A stretch of 64,000 nucleotides of DNA from Marsupella aquatica (Eukaryota; Plantae; Marchantiophyta), in contig OZ316891.1 in the NCBI GenBank assembly GCA_973895155.1, positions 13,671,037-13,735,036 of the forward strand, read 5' to 3'. The position numbers and the translations under genes were made by a program. Shown here piece by piece: positions 53,193 through 64,000 of the stretch (within the stretch, counting starts at the first letter, position 1; the number at the start of each line of letters is the position of its first letter). The notes under the pieces were generated by a model. That model saw nothing but the letters and a program-made list of their open reading frames with translations. It was not told where the DNA came from and searched no databases.

Positions 53193-56100
53193 TCAATTGG
53201 TTGCCAAAGCTACGGAGAGAGCTTGACAAGCACTTGCGACAAGATTCCCAGGATCAGCATTTGCAGCTGATGATGGCTGTTGTAAAGTTTGTTGAATGCC
53301 CGATGCCAACTCAATGACCATTTGTTTCCATGCCTGAGCTCTTGCTTCTGCAATTAAAACCTGCATAAAAAATAAGAAGAAATTATGATTCTATTGTGTC
53401 ACAGTCACAAATCTTCTCCCTGTCACTTGACGCATCATAACTCATTGCTTCCAAAAGGTATTGAAACAAGCAGAACCCTCAGCTCTTTCGTTGGGAATAC
53501 ATCATACCCATCTAGAGGAAAACAACAACGGATGGCAAAGGGGATAAGTTATTCACTACACACCCTGTGTTTCAAGTCTTCATGTGCTGCAATCTGTTGG
53601 TCATGGTCATCAGTGAGGAAATCTGTGTCCAAACGATCCGGCATACTCCTCACTAAAGTCTGTCGACGTGGATGAATGAAACTTTTCTTTGGAATGTCAA
53701 TGTTTAGTCCACTCAGCTTATCCCGTTCTTCACTGTCGGTAGGACTATCAGGGCTTGAAGGAAGGCTTTGAACAAATGATGAATTCTCTGTGTCCATGAA
53801 GACCAAATTTTGGGATTGCAAAGATGAGTCCACAACGAAATTTGATAGAAAAGATGAATTCATGCCTCCCAGTCCAGGTAACTGTAGGGCAGAAATACCC
53901 GGAGAAGGTGGAACACTTGCTCCGGGTCTTGTGAACACATTGACCGTGACTGGTACGACTGAATCAAACTTTGTGAAATCCTGCATCGCATCAGGAAGCG
54001 TTAGTGTAAATTGCCATCGAGGCAGTTATGACGTTGACCACCATCATTGTGGAAAATATACACGATTAATCTCCCAAGTATAAAACCACACTTTGCTCTC
54101 AGAAAGTCGGTCACCATAGATATAATTCTCTCGAGTTCGAATTTGAGGTCGTGACATAGTTCCCTTGTAAATGCTACCATTCACGATGCAGGATGGGTCA
54201 AGTACAGGAATTTCAGCAGCTCACCACAGATCGTCGACCAGAGCGGGTCCGGGAAACTGCTGTTCTGCAAGTCGTTCCAAGGACAGGCCACTTAAACAAG
54301 CGATGCCACAATTACAGTCGCAGCTGTAAAAGGTCAACTATAACTTGAAACAGAAAGAGGACGCTTTCAAGTGTGGGACGAGCATCTTGGTATAGTTTGA
54401 TGTCAGTTTAAAAGTTTTCCAGTAAATTTCCAAAACCAGGACATAGCACAAAACTACTAAACCTTCCAACACAGCACTCAAATTATGGAAGGCTGGAGAT
54501 ACACGTACTCAAAACGATGTTCACTGACTATATCTGAAGGTAGATAAGATCGTCTTGCTGGATATCACAAGAGAATCAGCAGGAGATCAGTACTCGTCAC
54601 GCCAGATAATCTAACTGCAAAAAGTGTCGGACAAGAGGGGTGCAGAGATGTCGGGAAGATATGATGAGACTCAACCTTGCAACTTGCTTGAGGTGGAAGC
54701 ATCCACACCCTCCAGCAGTACCAAAATCTCTGCATCAGCCTCTTCCATGCCCTGCACGTTAATTCCATGGTTACGTGGTTCAATCGAAGCCCCAGAAAAC
54801 AAGGACCACAACAAATACTATTAAGAGAGGCAAATGCAACTTTCACGAGGAGTGTAATTACGAAACTTCTCCTTAAACCTACGCAATTCGTCCACATCTG
54901 ACAGAGATTATTCCAAGCTTTCGGATTTTCTTTCTTTGATGGACTAAGCAGCAGTAACAGCCTACTTAGATCCACCCACCTGCAAGGTCAAGCCACAAAG
55001 AGGGCTTGTAGATGTGATTGGATGCTTAACAGTGTAAGGTAACCCTAGAAACACCTCACTGCCACCTACAATCTGCCAGCAGATCTGAAAGTTAGTATTC
55101 AGGACACATTCACAACGACTTGCACATAATCTTATCACATTTGTGTTCAACTGATAAAGATAGCCTTTTCGCACAAATCAATGCTTACTTCTAATGGATT
55201 ATGTTGAGTCTTAGCCTGGCCAACGTTTGCCACTAGAAAATGAATAATAATAAGCAAAGTTTCTTGTTAGCCGGCATCCTACAAAAAAACAGTTAAAAAA
55301 ACAAGCTGCATTTATGAAGAATACCAACCGGAAGAGGGGTAAAATGGAAAATGCTCTCATTCTCATCAGTGAGATGATTGTTAAGTCCAATAAGAAGACG
55401 GACATTGGCCTGTTCAATTTTCACACGTTCTCAAAGATTAAATCACTGGACATCCCCCTCATATTCATGGTTAGCATAAAGTGAAAAAGCCCCCAGTATC
55501 ATGAACCGCTCGATAACCAATACATCTGTAGCTCAGCATGTAGAATCTGTCAAGTAATCTGCTAAACAAGCTCCTTTCCCAAAATATTCTACTACTATGA
55601 AAAAAAAACCACATAATCGGTCAGACGTCGTTAAGGAAAACGGACGGTACTCAAGAGAAATTGTCATCCTCCAGCAATTCCTTGCGTAGGCTTTCCTTTC
55701 AAAATATCTCGAGCAATATAGTCACCGCGTTCTGATTACCTCAATAATTTGGTGCTTTCGTAGATTTGCCATCCGGAAAGCCAGAACACGCACTCCATCT
55801 TCCTGCAGCCACAAGTGGTTGACAGAATCGAAGGCAATAAAAGTGAATTACACGTACAGCTAATAACTTCCAATTGGTCACCTTCCTTTCCATTCACACA
55901 GCATTATTCAGGTCTACAAACACACTAGAAGAACGCAAACCCATGCTGGACTTGGAGATGTGTAATATGTACCTCATACATGACCATGCGTTTGCTGAAG
56001 ATCAAGGTTCGTGCTCTGCGAGCTGGACGTGCAAACCTACTCCAAACAGGACAACAATATAAAAGCTGGAATGGATACTTGCCTGCTAAAACCTTCGCAT

Positions 56101-58410
56101 ATGAGAGATGTTCTTGTTTCATTTGTGTTTCTGGGGTCACTCTATGTAGCAAAAGCACTGGTCAATCTCCAGAAGTGAAAATCGATGTCCAAATTAAAGT
56201 CGAAACTTGGCACACGGAAATTCAAGTCAGGAGGTCATATGACGGGCAAACCTGATATAGAAGACACCCAACAGAGAATAGGCAACTAACAGGCTGACAA
56301 GTGATTGGACGACGACCATAATATTTGTCATCATACACCTGGGATCAGGAGTCAACTCACCACCATATCCTGTCCAAAAGCATCGCTTCATATCGGTCAG
56401 CAATCAATCTATAGCCATGAGATTTAGCGGTATAGTATACAAAGGCGGAAGTCAGAGCGAGTTGGAATTTACTGGAACTCACCAATAGTCATAGATGTCT
56501 GCACACTGTAAGGAGCAGCCACATCAGCACCAGATCCCACCCGTCACGCCATTAACAAACAATAGGTCAGTAATCCTAGCTATGTTTCTTCAAACACATC
56601 TAAGTGAGAACAAACTGATCGCTCAAAAATTCAAGATAGTAGTCCGTCACACGGCCAACCTTTCAAGAACTTATGAATCAGAACTTAGTTTTCATAGCAT
56701 AGCAGAACAGAACCTTACCTGAACCAAAGGGCATGGCTGTAAGTGTGTACACCCGGTATACAAAGGTTATTGTAAGCCTGTCAAGGAAGACCAAACTTAC
56801 AATTTTAAAGACATTGTAAAAACCTTTCCCATTCTGGAATCTTTTAATCGCTCAACGAGAAACTCTGAAATGTAGCATAATACATATGACGAGGGTGAAG
56901 ATAAAGAAACCGTACATCATAGTAATATGGGATAGCAAATCCTCCAAATAGAATGGTGTATGTACAAAAGAGAACCAGCATAAATCTGGAGCTTGGCATC
57001 TGTACATGCATAGTGTCAGACAAGCCTCTTTTCCTAAAGCTGCAATTTATTTGTGCAAAAAGTGATCGCTGGGTACTAATTTCACAACACACCGGTTTGG
57101 CAGAGCACTGGACTCCAATAAATTCTAAGACACTAGCGTAAAATATAGTGCTTCAATCTCCATAGGATAGTTCATGATAGACAACGTGCTCGTACTCACA
57201 TTGACAAGAGTGTGAAAGAGGTCTCCCCAATACAATGAATGTTTTGGTGCACCTCGTGTCTCCACATTGAGACGTCCTCTGAAAACATCAATCACAGTGG
57301 TCAGCACAACTAAGTGCACATAAGAACTTTTCCATAAAGGGAACAGGCTTCATGAGCATCCCGCACTGCCAAGTAAAGTGGGGTCGTGCAACGAGTTCAA
57401 CCTTGGCAGGGCAAAAAATGAGCAGAATTTCTTGTTCAGGTGCAGGAAGCACTCTGTGACTCAACAACTATTCCACTGTTTCGTCCCAAAGCTGCCCGTA
57501 TCTGTAGTGAACTTCCATGCGTACGAGGAACGGGTCTGCGTTTCTAAGTTCACTGCGTCCGTTACTAAAGAATTAGAGAACCTGTATTTAGGAGCCCATA
57601 GTCATCCGATTCACTATTTTTACTCTTTGTGTTTCATGAACAGATAACCTTTCCTTTTGCCACAGCCAATATCTTGTACTTTCTATCTCTTGCCCTAATT
57701 TAAGGAATTCCAAAGACTTCAAAATAAATCGATCCGATTCAGTCCCTCAAAATATCTCTCCCTTAATCCATCCTTTCTAGTGAGTGAGAATACACATATA
57801 CTATTTTAGATGAAATATTACTTGAAGTGCATGTATCTTTTCTTAAACAAAAATCAGAAAAGCCGATCGGACAGCATCATTCGGCAAAGCTAAGGCTCGT
57901 ACAGCACGAGCAATAAACGAGTAGATATGAAGTGGACCTTCGTCTATCCACAGAGGTGTGCTGAAGATTTTATGTACGACTGAAGCGCAAATACACTGAA
58001 GTCCTCCAGCCTCTAATATGCGTGGTGTCCATATTGCCATTGCTTGTATTTGGATTCTGACTGAATCACCAAGATATCATACCTCATGTAGACAAAATCT
58101 ATGACAGCGCACTAAGTCCAGACTCAATTCAGGTAAGTAGTACAAATTAGGACGCAAATGCAACCCAGGTTGCGGGGAATGCTGTCCATCAGTAACGATG
58201 ATTCCGAATGCGGCACGACTCCAATTCCTACAAACCATATTGATCCCGGACGTGTTTCGAAGAGGAAGCGAATGTTCATAAAAAAAGCTGACTTACTTGT
58301 GATCCACAAGAGGGAGTTTGGGACCCTTCCGCCTCAAGAGTTGCTGATGACTGCTGTCCTCGGCCGTCCTCATCTCGTAGGTCGACCTCGTCCTCAAGTC
58401 GTTTATTCAT
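53193..58410 (-). CDS. Inward-rectifier potassium channel (Kir/IRK family, 2 TM plus cytoplasmic IRK_C domain). Well-supported exons: 57278-57200, 56999-56916, 56777-56719, 56505-56483, 56369-56252, 56036-55973, 55802-55740, 55409-55329, 55072-54980, 54751-54676, 54557-54509, 54264-54225, 53980-53564, 53360-53193. Tentative 5' exons: 58410-58297, 57960-57938, 57581-57525
   Basis: The spliced translation gives GRLNV..YWGDLFHTLVN (slide helix), TM1, LWFSVQTSMTIGYGG (pore/filter), VQSLVSLLVAYSLLGVFYIR (TM2), FARPARRARTLIFSK, DGVRVLAFRMANLRK, PYTVKHPITSTSPL, EILVLLEGVDASTSSKLQARRSYLPSDIVSEHRFE and VDFTKFD. All 13 core introns are GT-AG with matching phases. N-terminus uncertain. Confidence 0.9.
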
Positions 58411-59287
58411 TCATCAACAAACCACACCTAACCCACCACTGATCCTATTTTCTTCTTCTGTCGCTGCATTCATGTATCTGAGGACGAATGGTATTAGCCA
58501 GCGGTCTCCGTAATAGCTGAGCGCTTAGAATTTGCCTCCAGCAGCTCATTACGCCGCCCCTCGAAACCGGGATGGAGCGTAGCATACTACGAATTTCAAT
58601 TCAGAACTTAGGCACGGGTATCATTCCATTGAAACAAAACCTTAGGCATGGGTCACCGTCATCTTCTCATGATCTTTGGCAGCAAACTCCTGGGACGGTA
58701 GAGCACAAATTTCGCATTAGATTCCCGCAAAAGAATGCCACAGAAGCGGGAAAAAGCAAAGTCAAATCGGGAAGGTCCACAAGACCTGTCCACTGTAGGG
58801 AACAGAACAATCTGCCATCGTCGTGGAGGTGGAACTGAGGAAGCACTTCAACCTCCGCAAAGACTGAAACCACAGCATTCAAAATGTACAGCAGAGGGCT
58901 CGAAACGAGAGAGACGCAGAGTTCATGAGACTTCAGAACATCACGTGCACGGTACTTACTACCAAAAGGAGCCGCCCTAAATTTACGCTGAGATCTCGTG
59001 CTCCGGAAATCCGAATCCAGGATTGGCCTGTGAAAGGACGGAGGATTTCGTTGTACCTTGCGGGTCGTCAATCGATTCTCTGTAATTCGGATCTGCGGGG
59101 AAAAGCAGCGGCCTTTGTCACCAAATTACAGGACCTTTGGGAAATTGGAACAAGCTTATCCTCTCGGCCGAACTGCGCGACACGCGATTCGTGTGCTGTC
59201 ATCGAGCATCATCATTCATCATTTTTGCGTGGAGAAGTTCGTGGAACGCCTCGTGAACGCCTCGGGAAGAAGGCCGTGCCGAACCTG

Positions 59288-59590
59288 CCATGCACTTATC
59301 CAAGGTTAGCACTCCACCCTAAGTGTAAACCCACTACTGTAGGCTGGCTTAGAGCATTCCCACCATGCACTTATCCAAGGTTGGCACTCCACCCTAAATG
59401 TAAACCCACTACTGTAGGCTGGCTTAGAGCATTCCCACCATGCACTTATCCAAGGTTAGCACTCCACCTTAAATGTAGACCCACTACTGTAGGCTGGCTT
59501 ACAGTATTCCCACCATGCACTTATCCAAGGTTAGCACTCCACCCTAAGTGTAAACCCACTAGTGTAGGCTGCCTTAGAGCATTCCCACCA
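59288..59590. repeat. 75-bp tandem repeat x4 (minisatellite)
   Basis: ccatgcacttatccaaggttagcactccaccctaagtgtaaacccactactgtaggctggcttagagcattccca repeated four times with few substitutions. Confidence 0.95.
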
Positions 59591-62500
59591 GTTCTGAAAA
59601 GTGATGGGCCTGCGAAGAGAATCCTGTCATCCCTATATTTTCACATTACACAAGGTGACCAATAGGCTGCAGGAAGGCAAGCATCCATTGTATGCCATAA
59701 CCTTCGATACTTTGAACAGGGCAGGTTTACCGGCCTGGTATCCAGTGTCGGGTGGGGAAAAGGTCCAGGGCAACTTCTGGACCGACGGCCCGGCCCCCAC
59801 CAGCCTGCATATGGAGCGACCAGTGGGGATGCTCTTAGGTTTTACGGCACCTAACCAGCATTTTTTTTTAAGTGTGGATTTTTGCCAAATTCCACCTACC
59901 CAAACAATGTTCGCCACTGTTGGCTAGTATTAGAGATATCCTAAAAGTACCCCGTCAGCTAGCTTTTGAGATATGGTTAGTCAATAATCCTAGTTGAGTA
60001 GGATTAACATACAAATGACCTAGTAGCAAGGTGAAAACATCTCAACTATTATTCCTAGTTGAAATATTTTCAACAACTATTCGACCATGTCCATTGCAAG
60101 GGGCTAGATATTTTTAACACCATTTGCCACTTTTTCACCAAATCATGAACCCCATTTGCCAGAATCTAATGGTCCTCCTTAAATATAGGGATATCTGACA
60201 ATCATGATGTAATTCAGGAACATCTCATAAAGAATTTTCCTAGAATCTCCTCCCTTAGAGAAGCCGACATTCGCCACACTGGCTAAATATAAAATAACCC
60301 TAAAAAATAAGCTGCCCGTAACCCAATAGGAGTAGGCTTAGGTTTCAGGGACTCTAACCCAATCTTACTAATATTTTTCTCATGGAAGCTACTCTTAAAC
60401 CACTACTAGCCATGACCCAAAAAACCTGGTTACACCACGTTTCACCATAAATAGTATCCTCTATTGAATTTGTGGAGCAATATGGAATCTGAGAGAAGAA
60501 GAATGAGAGTAATATGAAAAAGGGAGAAATCTTGGACACTTCCCCATTTTATATAGCTAGTGGTGGTTTAAGGTCTATGGTCTAGATTGAAGACTTTAGG
60601 CAATAACTCTCAACAAGGAAATATTGATGTCAAGTGTTTATATTGTCCAGATTGGCTCCTTCATTCAAGAGATTTGCATTTATTGAACTTAAATTCAATT
60701 TGTTTTGGGTATGGAGCCTATCTTTAAGTCCAAGTCACCTATTATCAACTCTTTCTTTTGTGCCCCTCAAACTTAAAGGTCAATGTCAAGATGCCATTCA
60801 TTTAGGCTGCCATGCCATAACCCCCTTGTTACGCAGGCCTGAGGCAGGTCTTATGCTGACCCAATGGCAAGGGCCCGAAACTTTCTGGCCCTTGCAGGTC
60901 CTGACCTTTGGCTGGGAAATAAAACAAGAAAGCCACCACACCTGTTGTAAATTGTGCCATTGTTGGGAAGTAGGAAAGCACATTATGTAAATCAGTAAAA
61001 AACTACTTTTTCCAAAAGTTTTGGGAGTGCAAAGGGCCACATTCCTCGCGTGCGAGTTGGCTCTTAGAAGAGGAAGTGGGTCTTCCATTTTGCATATGAA
61101 GAAAAGTCACTAGTGCCCCACTCTTGTAAGGCCACCCTTTATCAGACAAAATAGGACAGTAGAATGCAATCCACAGCCTACAAGAGGCAAATCTATGTTT
61201 GACTTGACACTACAGTTAGAATGAATACCTGGCTGGCATTTCGGACACCCACCCCTGGAGATGGTTACCTTGCTTATACTGTTATGCTAGAAGTGCAAGG
61301 GCAAAAAACTTTGCACTTCTACAACTTTGCACAAAGGCTTTGTACTCTCTGGCTGAAGTTTCCTCCTATCCCTGTCTCAGAAGATGTTTTATTCAATAGT
61401 GCAATTATACAATACTCTATGTAAATACGACCTACACTTATCAATATAGACACCTCTTATCAATCATGCACTTGTGGACATAACACTTATCTACCCTTTG
61501 GGTCACATATTTTCCGTCTGGTGAAAACCTAACATCTACTTGGTGACAAGCGATGTATGCATTCGGTGTATGCGATTACTTGGCGATTACAGCGATGTAT
61601 GCAGACTTCAAATCACTAAGATCTGGGAGACAAGCGATGTAGGTGACTGTCAGTGGACGACCAGATTGTTGATTGATAGTCGGTGATCACTAGCTATGGA
61701 CTTCAAATCGACTTCAAGGTGATTTCGAAGGTCTCTGACGGACAAGTGATGTAGGTGATTGTTAGTGGAAGACCAGATCTTCGACTGGTAGTTGGGTGAT
61801 CAGTAGCTATTGTAGGTTGGTTATGGAGACCACCGATTTTTTGTTCAAGCAATCTGTCGTGCTTCAGATTTGTCAAGTAACGAATTTGACACTCAGAAAG
61901 AAAAAAACTGCAACACAAGGGAACTCCAAACCCATGGGTAGCGTTCATGATGAGCGTAGAAGTTGCCGGTGACTATTGCGGGAGTTTCAGCACTAAAATA
62001 TGGAAAGACCAGCGCACAATATTTGATCGGAGTAGCCCAAGTTTATTGGAGGATGACCCGATATGTTGGAAGAACGACACCTCTCACCGAACATTGTGGA
62101 GATATCCTTGAATGGTCCGCACAGGGGTAACGTGGATGTTAGTAAATGCCCGAATGAAACTCGAGACTGTTTGGACAACTGCACATATGACTTTTCATGG
62201 AGGATTTCCATGTAACGACACAAGTGTAGTCTTGAAATTCATTCTGAAATGAGACACGGATCACTGGCAATCTCCACAAAATTCAGCTAAACCAGATGGC
62301 TCTCCTACATTAGAAGACTCGATGCTGCTCATTAAAACGTATAAACGGAGGCAAGGTGCATCTGGCCGAACACAGCTGCGGACTAACCTCATTCAATGAA
62401 AGCAGGTAGGCTGTGATACATACAGGTAACAACCTCTATATCATGGAGTAGCAAATCCCGCAATAGGGCAAAAGTTCCTCAAGCGCATAATTAAGGCAAA

Positions 62501-62974
62501 GAATCACGGACCATCAACAGACAAGACTACCAATCGATATTGCTGGTGTGATATATTTACCGTATTTACTACTGCTGAAAATTTAAATCGCAAAATTTGA
62601 TCACTGCAGGTACAATGACCTCCACATAGTACACAAGTAGCAAGAATATTTACATACTTGCTGAGCTTTGCTGTATAGGTTAACAAGACCTCACATCGCA
62701 GACGTCTCTCTTGCCGTACAAATGACCCTTCGTAGGAGGAGTTGATTCAGACCCAATGGGGCACGGATTCTAACTACCTCCGAAATTTCAGGGTGCTCAT
62801 GATATGTGCCATCCGCAGCAGGCTCGTTGTTGTCTTTACTCTTCTTTTCGATCTCCTCGTCACCCTTGGTAACCCTGTGCTTACCATCTTCATCATCTAC
62901 TGCTGACCTAGTTCCATGCTCAGAGCGTAGTCGTTTTAAGCAACAGCTGCCATCCCCAACTAGAAGGAATCAAC

Positions 62975-63352
62975 TCATTTATCTTTCGTCGAGACCCCAT
63001 ACTTCTCTTGCAATTTCGTGAGCTCTTCCTCCTTCTTCCGCTGGTCTATCTTCTTCGACATCTTCGCTTGCTGGTAGTACAAGACGATGAGGTATCGGTT
63101 CGCCACATTGAACCCCGAAAGATGATCAACTGCATTTTTAGCATCGTAGATGTCCTCGTACACAACAAACGCAGTGCCTCGTGTGTCTTTCGTGTCACCG
63201 ATGCGAATTTGCCGAATAGCGCCATACTTCCCAAATATATCATACATCTCCTCTGACGAGATATTAAACGGAAGATTCCTTACATACAGAACTCTATTAA
63301 CCTCCGGTGGCAGACGTGCGTTACCTCTGCGGATGCTCAGCGCAGCAGCCAT
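62975..63352 (-). CDS. SF3B6: Splicing factor 3B subunit 6 (p14, branch-point RRM protein), single coding exon
   Basis: [40 protein letters not shown]...[38 protein letters not shown] matches the p14 consensus almost exactly. Confidence 0.98.
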   Translation of the reverse strand: MAAALSIRRGNARLPPEVNRVLYVRNLPFNISSEEMYDIFGKYGAIRQIRIGDTKDTRGTAFVVYEDIYDAKNAVDHLSGFNVANRYLIVLYYQQAKMSKKIDQRKKEEELTKLQEKYGVSTKDK

Positions 63353-63732
63353 AGCTGTATCAGATCAGTACCTCCCTCGCAGAATCGCTTTCAATAAAAC
63401 AATATCCGCGTCCTCTCGATACTCTTTTCACAACATACGATTCGAACGAAGTGAAGAACCTGAAACCCTAAGGGTATGATATGGTCGGCCCTTCTTTTCT
63501 TTCTGCTCAAAGGGAGGTCGTCCGCTTGAAGACAGCGGATTGCAATAACACGGTGGAATTTGCTTCAAATGTACATTGGGGCCTCGCCCGTCGACCGCAG
63601 CCGGCTCAATTCTCACCCCGCGACACCGTCTCCTCTGCGCTCTGCTCTCCGTGTCTGTCTGTGTCGTTCTTCGTCTCGAGCTCGAGCACTTTCATTAGAA
63701 GGAAGGAACCAGCCAAAAGCCTTGTGCAGTAT

Positions 63733-64000
63733 TAGGGCGTCTCAAACCTTCTGTTCGGCGTAGGTTACACCCGACCTGAATGTTGCGGGTCTCAAACCTT
63801 CTGTTCCGGGGCGGAGATTTTAGAGGACCAGAATGCTGCGGGTCGCAAACCTTCTGTTCCGCGTAGGTAGGGCGTCTCAAAACCTTCCGTTCGGCGTGGG
63901 TTACACCCGATCTGAATGTTGCGGGTCTCAAACCTTCTGTTCCGGGGCGGAGGTTTTAGAGGACCAGAATGCTGCGATTCGAGAACCTTCAGTTCCGCGT
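63733..64000. repeat. About 135-bp tandem repeat with internal caaaccttctgttc subunits, running off the window end
   Basis: tagggcgtctcaaa.cctt...gttacacccga.ctgaatgttgcgggtctcaaaccttctgttccggggcggag.ttttagaggaccagaatgctgcg at 63733 and 63868. Confidence 0.9.

Noticed and set aside
53193-58410. Bacterial KirBac contamination or recent horizontal transfer
   Set aside because: At least 13 spliceosomal introns, eukaryote-type cysteine pair and PIP2-type basic motif, and flanking plant genes.
58925-59665. 246-aa ORF with 25-aa repeats
   Set aside because: Its length is explained by a stop-free 75-bp minisatellite; non-ATG start and no domain signature.

Overview
Intron-containing land-plant genomic DNA. 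The gene set and style suggest a bryophyte, most likely a liverwort, but this is inference only. Eight protein-coding genes and one pseudogene can be supported: a frameshifted, truncated GT37 fucosyltransferase pseudogene and its near-intact tandem paralog (one +1 frameshift in a G8 run); bifunctional HPPK/DHPS; a small Gly/Pro/Cys-rich protein; a BT1-family folate/biopterin transporter; an aprataxin-like multidomain repair protein; an LRR-III atypical receptor kinase; a highly fragmented inward-rectifier (Kir/IRK-family) K+ channel; and intronless SF3B6/p14. Intergenic regions hold solo LTRs with target-site duplications, MITE-like elements, dispersed repeats and many short tandem duplications. 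Two signals are not apparent from the ORF track. (1) A canonical 2-TM Kir-type K+ channel at about 53.2-58.4 kb, assembled from at least 14 mostly tiny exons; this family is absent from flowering plants. (2) A PAR-binding zinc finger (PBZ) exon that splices in frame onto the plant aprataxin, giving PBZ-kinase-macro-HIT-ZnF. All exon models were built by hand from GT-AG sites and phase compatibility, without transcript data.
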